Shown: piece after piece, positions 1-12,187 of the stretch
Layout of the letters: each line of letters opens with the position of its first letter
Numbering within the stretch: the first letter of the stretch is position 1
Assembly (NCBI GenBank): GCA_002269645.1
Contig: NIVC01000302.1
Span: 192,303 to 256,302, forward strand
DNA from: Macrostomum lignano
Lineage: Eukaryota
Direction of reading: 5' to 3'
Length of the DNA stretch: 64,000 bases
The notes under the pieces: generated by a model
What the model saw: only the letters and a program-made list of their open reading frames with translations
Database searches by the model: none
Told to the model about the DNA's origin: nothing
Position numbers and translations under genes: made by a program

Positions 1-292
1 GCCTGGCAACCAGCAAAAGTTCTCGAGCAGACTGGGCCGCTGAGCTTCCGAGTCGAAACAAGCGACGGCCTGATCTGGCGCCGTCATGCCGACCAACTGC
101 GGGGCCGGCGAGTCGAGAGCGACGAACCTGACGGTCCAGCAGCCGGGACCGAGCCAGCTGAAGCTGCGGACTCGACCGGGACCGGCGCGGAGCACCCGGA
201 GCCGGAGCCGACGCGCCCTGCGGACTGCAGCCTGCACGCGGCGACGGCCACCTGAGAAGCTGACCTACTCGAAACTCTGGAGCTGTGATTGA
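1..292 (+). mobile_element. 3' end of Ty3/gypsy-type LTR retrotransposon pol (integrase C-terminal tail), probably frameshifted
   Basis: Frame 1 from base 1 reads AWQPAKVLEQTGPLSFRVETSDGLIWRRHADQLR, the typical W..GP.S..V....G..WRRH.DQLR tail of gypsy integrases. The usual terminal RSTR..RRPPEKL motif lies in frame 2 (ORF 86-292). A PPT and LTR follow directly. Confidence 0.8.
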
Positions 293-311
293 TAGGGAGC
301 GGACTTCTTCT

Positions 312-509
312 GAGAGGGGAAAAGTGTCATGACTTATGGGGTGGGGCCGCGTGGTAGGGGTGGAGCTTGTTTAGTAAGCCTAGTTAGCAGTACGTACGTT
401 AATGTACATGCGCGGGCCACCGTGCCCCTTGGCCTATAAAATATACAGAGCGTGGAGGGTTTTGCCTCAACTGAGTTTACTCCAGAATAAGCGACTTGAC
501 TTCATTACA
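312..509 (+). mobile_element. Polypurine tract (312-324) and 185-bp 3' LTR (325-509)
   Basis: GAGAGGGGAAAAG is immediately followed by TGTCATGA...TCATTACA (TG..CA ends, 7/8 inverted match). TATAAA at 435 and AATAA near 486. Confidence 0.8.
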
Positions 510-1127
510 GATGCTTCTATTGAAAACATGCGAATTGAATAGCAACACTGTGCTGCAGCGGGAGCAAAGCTAAGCACGGGACGGTGCATGAGAGGCTTGC
601 TGGTGTACCGATTAGAAAGCTGGCGACGCACTCAGCATACTGCTACAAGTAGCAAGGCAGTAAGACTGGCTGATTTTAAGCATTTTATGCGCATGCAGTT
701 TTAAAAACCTTTGCAGGTTGTTTACAAAATCGAACTATCAAATGGTCGATAGGGAGAGCTTTGGTCAGTTAAATAAACCAAAATATGAAGGCGGAATCAG
801 CATTGGATTTGCAGCTCATCAAGTAAATGGTTGCGAACGGCGGGCTCGCAGGCAGGTTTGCAAACTTCAGCGGTTCTTTGGTAATTCGGGAGGCGCTGAA
901 GCAGACAGTTACAGATCAGGCTTGGTCTGACTGCAGTTGTCTCTCAGCGTCTGCAGGACCTCCGGGTCTCTCATTGCGCTGTCAAACGAACGGTTTTGAT
1001 GAGGACTCGCGCACAGGCAAGGCGCCTCTCGGAGCAGTAGCTCAAATTTGTGCGCCATCAGAGCCCGGAAAACTCCCAAGAAGGCGCTACAAGGAGCTAA
1101 TTAACAGGTGAAGAACACCGGCGCGGA

Positions 1128-1440
<313 letters not shown>

Positions 1441-2022
1441 CATGAATTTTGAATGAAAAGTTGTATTTTTGACTAAGCACAATATTTGACAAGCTGTTGG
1501 ACAAAATCCTAAATGCGAAAATTATCATTAATTTTTAGTTCATTAAGGGCTAATAGTTCGTATTGAAACGGAACATATTAAGGCAATCAAGGCGACGGAC
1601 TCAAGTGTATTGTTGTGACTTTATGGTGAGCATCATTTTTAGGCAATTAGAAAATTTATAATAGCTGGTAACTACTCAATCTAAATATACTATAAAAACT
1701 CTTAAAGGAGGCTAGGTGTTAAGGCAAAACTTGTGTGAGGAAGATTACAATTTCACAAAATACGAGTATTGCGTAGTATTGCGCATAAACTGCGGGAATG
1801 TGGTGCATGGCCACATAAAGTGGCATAATCGCTTACTCGTAAACTGAAATTTAGCAAATACGCGAGGGAAAGAACAATGAATAAGAGGGAAGACTTAAAA
1901 AAGTAATTGTAAAAAGGGCTACTAATGATAAAAAAATGGTAATGCAACTGCAAGAGCATTAGTCATGGATATAATTGTGTCGGTGCAGCTGTCAATCAAA
2001 GTATCATTGTGAAATAATTTGA

Positions 2023-2969
2023 TCATTCAAGCCCGGTGCTGATGACTCCCAGTTCCTCTAGCAGCGATTTCGGCTCGTCGCATTCCTGAAAATTTTAATT
2101 CGGAAATTCTAAGAGTTCTTTTAGCTGAATAATATACGCCAGTAGTTTAAAACTTTCTCAAGCAATTGTGAAAGACAGTTGACAATCCATTATAACAAAC
2201 TGGCTTCTCGTGCATAGGAAGAGTCCCAGCTGGCACGTATACTTTTGATAATCTGATTTTAAATTCTTATTTCAAACACGTACTTCTTGCAGGAGATCTT
2301 GCGCAGCAATTGCTTTCAGCACATTCTTCTTGCTGGTCTCCTGAACCTCGCCAGCCAGCATGAATTCGTCTAGCATGAAGTAGGCCCGCTCGAAATTAAA
2401 TATGATGTCCAGCTCGCACACCTGCGCATAATTTATTGCATGTTGCTATGGAACTTATATTATAAGAATTTATATAAAATATATCAATTAAAAAGGATGT
2501 AAAAATGCAAACGTTTCACGCTTACACTGCCAAAGTATTTGTCCAACAGTTCAACATAGCGATGAATAATTTCCAAGCAGAGAAGCTCGTTGTCCTGCTG
2601 CTCGATGCCGCAGCAAAAGTACAAACTGGCATATCTGAAATTAATTAAATTTTGCCGTGAAGATGAAAAATATACAAAAATCATCTCTTTTCTGCCTCAC
2701 CTTTTATACACAATCTTTAAATCTTTCCACTCAATAAAGGCGCACATCTTGGGCTTCCGCGCAAGCACCATGGTCATCACATCGCGAATTATCTTCTTTT
2801 TAGCTTTCTCCGAGTGAGATGTATACCATTTTTGGAGACGCAATTTCCCTTGTCGACTGAATAGAAGCATATAGTGCATCTGAAAATGAAGACAATAAGA
2901 TTTTCAAATGGCTACACATGTTCTTTGTGCCACCAGTTAACAGTTGCTTATACGTAATGCTCCTACCAT
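2023..2969 (-). CDS. AP1S: AP-1 clathrin adaptor complex sigma subunit, about 163 aa, 5 coding exons
   Basis: Exons (minus strand): 2969-2967 (ATG only, followed by GTAGGA), 2879-2701, 2634-2526, 2421-2284, 2085-2023. All introns are GT-AG and phases are consistent. Protein [20 protein letters not shown]...[56 protein letters not shown]... is a typical sigma-1 adaptin. Confidence 0.95.
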
Positions 2970-4306
2970 TTTAATACAGTTATAGAAGTCGACGAAACAA
3001 TTTTTTTGTATTACAATCCACGTTTTCTTCTATCTAAATTTGACTTGACTTATAACTCTGCAATGTAAGGAGACAACTCTTAAAGGTAATGGAAGTCTCA
3101 GATCAGAGACACTGAGGAACGGAATTAATCGTAAATAAAACTTGTAAATCGCAAAAATTTAAGCCGATACCTGATGTAAATACAAAAAAAAATGTCGAAG
3201 GTAAATTCAGAAGCACTATTTTTTAAATGCAAGGCATTTTATAAAGTTAAATATATTAGTATGTTCCACAATTATCATTATAACAAAGTAACTTTTTTTA
3301 AATAAAAAATTTTGCAATAAAATAGGTTATATTGCTAAAATACATATTTTTGTGTATTTATTTTTTTAAAATCATGCTGATTTTTGTTCTTTAACACCTG
3401 TAAAAAAATTCGTGCGTGGCACGCGTTTTTAACTTGTATGTTCCTGTAAAATTTAATATCTTTCCATGCCAAATTATAGAGAACTTTGTCTCAGCTTTTG
3501 CCCTTTAGAACAAGTCCCAAGTCTATCTACCTTGCTAGCTACGCCTGCAATGTGTATGCCCGGCATCCTGATATCCTGCTCTCCGCAGCATCTGTGCAAG
3601 AAATTTTGAGTCGAAAATCCATTTTTGCATGGGAAAATTCTCTAAAAATAGTAATTGTCTTGACCTGACTTCCTGACTATAGGATTAGGATTATAATTTT
3701 TCTAGAATCGTAATATTTTAGAAAAGATATTTAGAGTTTTAGTATCAGTTTGATTAAGATCCAATTCTACCTCTTAATTTTATACCTTCAAGGTTTAAGG
3801 CTTAAGGCTTTATTGATATAGTAGTAGTATACATTTAAATATATTTCCTATAGATCTGTCTAGGGCTATCTGTATTACCTCGATATATTTATTTATTATA
3901 TTATTATTACATTAGACACTTATGATATTATATTAAGACAAAATGAAGACAAAATGTTGCTATTCTTTTACTTAGGAAAGTGGCCTTTATATGAGCCAAT
4001 TCAATTTGTTAAAGACTGTGCCATGGATTACCTATGCTAAATATGTATACAGAGGTATAGATTTATAATGCACAGAATTTCATTGTTAATAGTTATAAAT
4101 ATAGTAATCTATATCACTTTAATAGTAATAAAAACTCTACATTGGAATATTGGATGCTTTTTTAAAAATGTTTTGGTTAAACTTATTTATATAATAAAAC
4201 TCAATTTAAACTATATATGTTATATAAAACTAAAAGTATAATGATGGTGATAGTATCTATAATATAATGATAAGATTCTTAGATATCAAGGGGAAGGGTC
4301 TAGTAG

Positions 4307-4310
<4 letters not shown>

Positions 4311-4338
<28 letters not shown>
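4311..4338. repeat. (TA)n microsatellite
   Basis: Direct observation. Confidence 0.9.
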
Positions 4339-4340
<2 letters not shown>

Positions 4341-4505
4341 TTATTGAAGAATTGGGAAGAGTAGGAAAAGGCAATCATAAAAGTCTAACTAAGGGTCTAC
4401 AGGAAAAAATTTAAACATGTTAACTAATACAAATGGCTCAACCAATTTTCATCAAACTTGCATTATTAAATAAAAATTTTTTCAATGAATATATATATAT
4501 TATGG

Positions 4506-5376
4506 CAGTGTTGGGCACCAGTCCATTAATAAGCGTTAATCCGTTAATAAGCATTAATAAGCATTAAGATTTTTCATTAACGTTAACGGACTGTCGTTAT
4601 GATTTTTAACTAATGGATTAACGAATTTATGTTAAAAATTTTGTGAATTAATGATAAATTCATCGTTAATGGTAGTGTCTATGTCAATGACCAAAGACAC
4701 AAAGAAGGAACAAAAAATATAAGTCTTACAAGAAATTTAAACATTACAAATGTATTTGAGCTTACCTATATGCCTAAATATAATCTCTTTATTTATGACA
4801 ATGATCATACAGACGTCCATGTAATTAATAACTTCTTACAAATAAACTTTGAAATAATGAATTAAAATAGTGTGAAACTTTATTTCTTGCACGTGAGCAT
4901 CAATCGCTTTGATTCACTTCTGTCCCAATCTTTCGCAACTTTTTGCTGCACCTGCTAATGGTACTGAAACAACCTTCCTATGCATATTTAATTATGAATT
5001 TCTTGCTATTAGCTTTTTAAGTTTCAAATAAAATAAGTTACTCTTTTTACCATATGCTTTACTTTTAGTAGTATTATGCATGCAAGTTTTAAAAATGATT
5101 ATTTATTACTTTTTTAGCTTTCAAATTGCTTAGATGACCTCTGTGTTTCGCTAAAAAGATGGAATAGCAAAGACATGCAATACGAAGTCTGTTTTGGAAA
5201 AAACATGCAAGATTTCCGTATTTTCTGTGTTAACTTTAACAGATTAACGCTTATTAATGATTATCAGTTAACTTTCAGTTAACTTAGGAGTTAAAAAGTT
5301 AAGATTTTTTTGTTTTAACGCTAATGCTTTTGCTATTAACAGAAGTTAAGATTTTCATTAATGGTGCCCAACACTG
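4506..5376. mobile_element. Non-autonomous hAT element (MITE), 871 bp
   Basis: 15-bp TIRs CAGTGTTGGGCACCA / TGGTGCCCAACACTG, with a perfect 8-bp TSD TATTATGG at 4498-4505 and 5377-5384. Many internal GTTAA/TTAAC motifs and no ORF. Confidence 0.92.
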
Positions 5377-6074
5377 TATTATGGCTAAAAAGTTGTTTAG
5401 TGCTAAGAGTATTAAACTTTTATAAATTTCAAACAAAATTATTGACTAAGAATGCATTTTAACTTTAACTGCCTTAATCCTTTAATAAGTTATATTAGCA
5501 GTTGGTTGGTCATAGATAAGTTTTTACTTTTATCTTTAAAGATAAATTTCTTTCTAGTTTAGGATACAAAACTAGATTTTATTATCTTCATTATCCTATC
5601 ATATATGTCTACTTATAAGAAATGCAATATAGGGTCCTAGGTAGAAGATATCAAAGGTAATGCTTTACTATTGGGTCATCATATTTATGATACCTATTGG
5701 AAAAGATGCTTCTTTACTAATGACCAAATGAGATAATTAGCTAGACAGAGCAATAAATTATCTATTGTTGATAGTAATAACAATCGGTAAGAAGATAGAG
5801 TAGATACTAGCTCTATTTGGATTCTAGACAATTCGATATGACTAATTTGTCACCACTATATCAATTCAGTACACCATTTTACCTTCTATTTTTATTCAGA
5901 CTGTCTGTGGCCAAAATTGTCCCCAAGTGACATGCATATGCAGATTTGAAATTCCAAAAAACAATTTGTTACATTCTATTTCAACAAAGGGATAAAACAC
6001 AACATATTGACAAACATAAGAGTAAAATGAAAATAAAACAGGAACAAGGCAATTTCAGTTGGCTAACTTGAGAC

Positions 6075-6400
6075 ACCTAACCATCAATTGCCTGTCCACC
6101 AAGACAGTGAGGGATGTATGTAAACACATGGTTGAACCACTTGGTGCACTTGTCCACAGAGATGCAGCCAACAGTTCTGTCCACCATGTTGTACAGAATG
6201 TCTCACCAATAGGCCGCCATTGACTGATTCCCATGCTGCTCAGCTATTGGAGCAATGAAATTTTGCTGGTCTGCTGCCAGTTTTCTCTTCAGAGTGTCCT
6301 TCCAACAGGAGATTAAGTTCTTCACGGGACTAAAAAATGGACTGTATGGTGGAAGCTGCTTGACCTGAATGGTGTCCGGAATCTCGTAGGCTGCTTTTCC
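6075..6400 (-). pseudogene. Degenerate Tc1/IS630-family DDE transposase fragment
   Basis: Minus strand gives LPPYSPFFSPVKNLISCWK (LP.YSP..NPIE..W motif). After a stop, a downstream stretch reads YNMVDRTVGCISVDKCTKWFNHVFTYIPHCL, resembling the C-terminus of this family. Broken by stops. Confidence 0.65.
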
Positions 6401-6897
6401 GCTCTCCCTGACCTCACAATCGTGTTCGCTATTGACCTCTTGACTCCAAGTTGGCGCGCCAGTTCCACAAGTCATCCCCACGATTAGCAGCGCTGATGAT
6501 ACGGTCTCTGTCACTGTTGCTTAAACAATAGTGCACTGCCGAGGCTGCTGTTTCATGATATCTTGATCGAATTCTGCTTCAAATTCATCGATTCCATCTT
6601 CTTCCAGCAATTCATCGTCTTCTTCAATCTGATATTCAGCATTCATATCGTTTCTTATTGCGCAAAGATTTTGCAGTTTTGCAGTACAGGAAAAACAAAA
6701 AGTTAGATTAATGTACTGAAAATGTACTCGGATCTATGTGCAAAAATCTCTGTCTAAATAGAATGAAACATTGTTTATTGTTTGGAAAAGGACTTGAAGT
6801 GAAAAATAGTCTTCTACTACGCTCTATATCGCAAAACTCTCTTAGTAGTTTAGTCCTACTTAACAATCAAATTATGATGAGTTGCAGCTGTAATACA

Positions 6898-9800
6898 ATG
6901 CGACTCAGGCTGTTCACTGGGAAGCATTTCATCTTTGTCTGTCTGGCCATCTGGTCATTGGCGCTGATCTACATGAGCAATCAACGATTCGAGGCGCCAG
7001 CAGAAGACGAAAAGTCCTTCTCTTGGACCCTGAAAGATTTGCGGGAAAGGATTAACGATCTGAAGCTGCAGTCAGATAAAATTGTTTTGTTTTCGGATCA
7101 GTTAAAGTGAGTATTTCAGACAGAACTGACTACTGTAGTGCTGTGTATCTTTTGTGCGAAGCAAGGGGAAATGAACCATGAGGATGCTTGGGTGGCTTCC
7201 TAAACATGCATTTTCTGTTTGACTGCCTATTCATTATCTCTTCTGCATGACCTCTTTGTATCTATTTCACCGATCTGGCGATCTCCCTCTTCTCAGGACT
7301 CTGTTTCAGCTGTTATATTTTAAATTTAATTGTCCATGTGGCCTCTTATTTTCCTTTTTCTTTTCGTGCGGCCTCTCTAATCTACCTGTCTCTCTCTCAG
7401 TGCTGCCTCTCTAATCTACCTGTCTCTCTCTCAGTGCAGCCTCTCTAATCTACCTGTCTCTCTCTCTCTCTTAGTGCAGCCTCTCTAATCTACCTGTCTC
7501 TCTCTCAGTGCTGCCTCTCTAATCTACCTGTCTCTCTCTCAGTGCAGCCTCTCTAATCTACCTGTCTCTCTCTCAGTGCAGCCTCTCTAATCTACCTGTC
7601 TCTCTCTCAGTGCAGCCTCTCTAATCTACCTGCCTCTCTCTCTCTCTCTCAGTGCAGCCTCTCTAATCTACCTGCCTCTCTCTCTCTCTCAGTGCAGCCT
7701 CTCTAATCTACCTGTCTCTCTCTCAGTGCTGCCTCTCTAATCTACCTGTCTCTCTCTCAGTGCTGCCTCTCTAATCTACCTGTCTCTCTCTCAGTGCTGC
7801 CTCTAATCTACCTGTATCTCTCTCAGTGCAGCCTCTCTAATCTACCTGTCTCTCTCTCAGTGCAGCTTCTATCTAATCTACCTGTCTCTCTCTCAGTGCT
7901 GCCTCTCTAATCTACCTGTCTCTCTCTCAGTGCTGCCTCTCTAATCTACCTGTCTCTCTCTCAGTGCTGCCTCTCTAATCTACTTGTCTCTCTCACAGTA
8001 CAGCCTCTCTAATCTACCTGTCTCTCTCTCAGTGCAGCTTCTATCTAATCTACCTGTCTCTCTCTCAGTGCTGCCTCTCTAATCTACTTGTCTCTCTCTC
8101 AGTGCTGCCTCTCTAATCTACCTGTCTCTCTCTCACAGTACAGCTTCTCTAATCTACCTGTCTCTCTCTCAGTGCTGCTTCTCTAATCTACCTGTCTCTC
8201 TCTCAGTGCAGCCTCTCTAATCTACCTGTCTCTCTCTCAGTGCAGCCTCTCTAATCTACCTGCCTCTCTCTCTCTCTCAGTGCAGCCTCTCTAATCTACC
8301 TGTCTCTCTCTCAGTGCAGCTTCTCTAATCTACCTGTCTCTCTCTCAGTGCAGCCTCTCTAATCTACCTGTCTCTCTCTCAGTGCAGCTTCTCTAATCTA
8401 CCTGTCTCTCTCTCAGTGCAGCCTCTCTAATCTACCTGTCTCTCTCTCAGTGCTGCCTCTCTAATCTACTTGTCTCTCTCTCAGTGCTGCCTCTCTAATC
8501 TACCTGTCTCTCTCTCAGTGCTGCCTCTCTAATCTACTTGTCTCTCTCACAGTACAGCCTCTCTAATCTACCTGTCTCTCTCTCAGTGCAGCTTCTATCT
8601 AATCTACCTGTCTCTCTCTCAGTGCTGCCTCTCTAATCTACCTGTCTCTCTCTCAGTGCTGCCTCTCTAATCTACCTGTCTCTCTCTCAGTGCAGCTTCT
8701 ATCTAATCTGCCTGTCTCTCTCTCAGTGCTGCCTCTCTAATCTACTTGTCTCTCTCTCAGTGCTGCCTCTCTAATCTACCTGTCTCTCTCTCAGTGCTGC
8801 CTCTCTAATCTACCTGCCTCTCTCTCTCAATGCTGCCTCTCTAATCTACCTGTCTCTCTCTCAGTGCAGCCTCTCTAATCTACCTGTCTCTCTCTCAGTG
8901 CTGCCTCTCTAATCTACCTGTCTCTCTCTCAGTGCTGCCTCTCTAATCTACCTGTCTCTCTCTCAGTGCTGCCTCTCTAATCTACCTGTCTCTCTCTCAG
9001 TGCTGCCTCTCTAATCTACCTGTCTCTCTCTCAGTGCTGCCTCTAATCTACCTGTCTCTCTCTCAGTGCTGCCTCTCTAATCTACTTGTCTCTCTCTCAG
9101 TGCTGCCTCTCTAATCTACCTGTCTCTCTCTCAGTGCTGCCTCTCTAATCTACTTGTCTCTCTCTCAGTGCTGCCTCTCTAATCTACCTGTCCCTCTCTC
9201 AGTGCTGCCTCTCTAATCTACCTGCCTCTCTCTCTCAATGCTGCCTCTCTAATCTACCTGTCTCTCTCTCAGTGCTGCCTCTCTAATCTACCTGTCTCTC
9301 TCTCAGTACAGCTTCTATCTAATCTACCTGTATCTCTCTCTCAGTGCAGCCTCTCTAATCTACCTGTATCTCTCTCTCAGTGCAGCCTCTCTAATCTACC
9401 TGCCTCTCTCTCAGTGCTGCCTCTCTAATCTACCTGTCTCTCTCTCAGTGCTGCCTCTCTAATCTACCTGTCTCTCTCTCAATGCTGCCTCTCTAATCTA
9501 CCTGTCCCTCTCTCAGTGCTGCCTCTCTAATCTACCTGTCTCTCTCTCAGTGCTGCCTCTCTAATCTACCTGTCTCTCTCTCAGTACAGCTTCTATCTAA
9601 TCTACCTGTATCTCTCTCTCAGTGCAGCCTCTCTAATCTACCTGTATCTCTCTCTCAGTGCAGCCTCTCTAATCTACCTGTCTCTCTCTCAGTGCTGCCT
9701 CTCTAATCTACCTGTCTCTCTCTCAGTGCTGCCTCTCTAATCTACCTGTCCCTCTCTCAGTGCTGCCTCTCTAATCTACCTGCCTCTCTCTCTCAATGCT

Positions 9801-12100
9801 GCCTCTCTAATCTACCTGTCTCTCTCTCAGTGCAGCCTCTCTAATCTACCTGTCTCTCTCTCAGTGCTGCCTCTCTAATCTACCTGTCTCTCTCTCAGTG
9901 CTGCCTCTCTAATCTACCTGCCTCTCTCTCTCAATGCTGCCTCTCTAATCTACCTGTCTCTCTCTCAGTGCAGCCTCTCTAATCTACCTGTCTCTCTCTC
10001 AGTGCAGCCTCTCTAATCTACCTGTCTCTCTCTCAGTGCTGCCTCTCTAATCTACCTGTCTCTCTCTCAGTGCTGCCTCTCTAATCTACCTGTCTCTCTC
10101 TCAGTGCTGCTTCTCTAATCTACCTGTCTCTCTCTCAGTGCTGCCTCTCTAATCTACCTGTCTCTCTCTCAGTGCTGCCTCTCTAATCTACCTGTCTCTC
10201 TCTCTCTCTCAGTGCAGCCTCTCTAATCTACTTGTCTCTCTCTCTCAGTACAGCTTCTCTAATCTACCTGTCTCTCTCTCTCTCTCAGTGCAGCCTCTTT
10301 AATCTACCTGTCTCTCTGTGTCACCGGCCTCTCATTTAGCTGTCTCTTCGTGTGAACTCTCACTTTCGCTTTCTATTCACCCCAAAATTTCTAATATAAC
10401 CAGGTTAATCGCTTCCTGGAGTTACCCAATTTATCTCACCACCGGCCCCCCTCAGGCCGATGTACGAGGAGCTACTCAGATTAAGGCACTCAGCGCTCAG
10501 TTCTCAGCTGCCGGCTTCATCAATAGGCGGCCAATTTGCTACAGCCAGCCGCAACGGCGATTCAATGGCTGCGCCCAGGCTCGACTGGGGTCACGAGCGG
10601 CTGCGCCGGCGGGTTCAAGACGGCATCCGGGAGGTGCGCTTCATGCTCAACGGCCAGCTGGCCAAGCTGCGCAAGGAGCTCTCGGAGAAGCGACCGTCAG
10701 CCAGCGAGATCGACGGCCGTCTAGAGGGCCTGGCCGAGTCTGTCAACGAAATTATTCGACTAGTCGGCGTCGAGGGCGAAGCTCTCGCCGAAGCTGGCGG
10801 AGCTGCCGATTGGCGTCGCCGTCGACTTTCCCGCCTGCAAACGGAGCTGGTCAATCGGATTGTCAAACTGCAGAATCCTCAGCAGTGCCAATCGGCTAAA
10901 AAGTTAATTTGCAATCTAAATAAAGGCTGCGGTTTTGGTTGCCAGGCGCATCACGTGCTTTATTGCATGACCCTTGCCTACGCCACTGGCCGCACCTTCG
11001 TGTTGGACAGCGTCAATTGGCGCTATTCTAGGGGCGGATGGACCTCCGTGTTTGAGCCGCTGAGTAAAACTTGCACAGAGCGGGGCTCGGCTGGCGCCAA
11101 GCAGTGGGGCTGTGAGTTGCTAGGGCTTTTTTGCTTCCTTTTGTGCCTTGCTTTTGGTTGATTCTGTTCATTTAGCTATCGGTACTGACTTTCTCTGACC
11201 CCTCTCATGATTGTCTGACCCCTCTCATGATTGTCTGACCCCTCTCTTCCAAGATTATATGACCCCTCTCTTCCATGTCTATCTGACCCCTCTCTTCCAT
11301 GTCTATCGGACCCCTCTCATGATTATTTGACCCCTCTCTCTCTTCCATGTCTATCTGACCCCTCTCTTCCATGTCTATCTGACCCCTCTCTTCCATGTCT
11401 ATCTGACCCCTCTCTTCCATGTCTATCTGACCCCTCTCTTCCATGTCTATCTGACCCCTCTCTTCCATATCTATCTGACCCCTCTCTTCCATGTCTATCT
11501 GACCCCTCTCTTCCATGTCTATCTGACCCCTCTCTTCCATGTCTATCTGACCCCTCTCTTCCATGTCTATCTGACCCCTCTCTTCCATATCTATCTGACC
11601 CCTCTCTTCCATGTCTATCTGACCCCTCTCTTCCATGCCCCTGTGACCCTTCTCAGCTTCTCCTGGTTTTTTTCGATGCCTCTCTTCGACGTGTGCACTT
11701 TGGCTTAACGAAATTTGTTGCAGATTAAAATTCAAGGCAAGACGAGCACAAATTAGATGAAATTGTTCAATGCTATTCATTCCACTTGGGTTGGGCCTTA
11801 GTAGTAAAGCTGGCTTAAAATAATGTATTTTATGCAAAACTGTATCTCGGTAGGCCTTTTAATTAGATTATATAATACATGGTTATATATTTTATAGAAA
11901 TAGAAACAATTTCGCCTGTCAAATGCATCAATTTGCCCGAGTTGGGATTACTTTTAGGGGTTAAAAATCCCACGACTGAGAAGCTTGAGGCTGAGCTGAC
12001 ACAATTCCGCGGGGGCGGCTTCTCCACTTGATTTGCGTTGCCGTGCCAAAATCAATTTCCTTATCCTGTGAAGCGAACGATGGCAAGCAGCTCTTCTAAG

Positions 12101-12187
<87 letters not shown>

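Noticed and set aside
717-1111. Two short ORFs with acceptor/donor-like ends after the LTR
   Set aside because: No recognisable protein similarity, and I could not link them to any downstream exon.
6520-6660. Short acidic minus-strand reading frame (EEDDELLEEDGIDEFEAEF)
   Set aside because: About 40 codons, closed by a stop and adjacent to a decayed transposase; no supportable gene model.
11205-11837. ORFs with DMEERGQI / LSDPSLPC repeats, and similar ORFs at 14532-15200, 20208-21518, 54242-54984 and 55660-56523
   Set aside because: All coincide with intronic minisatellites of genes whose exon chains are complete without them.
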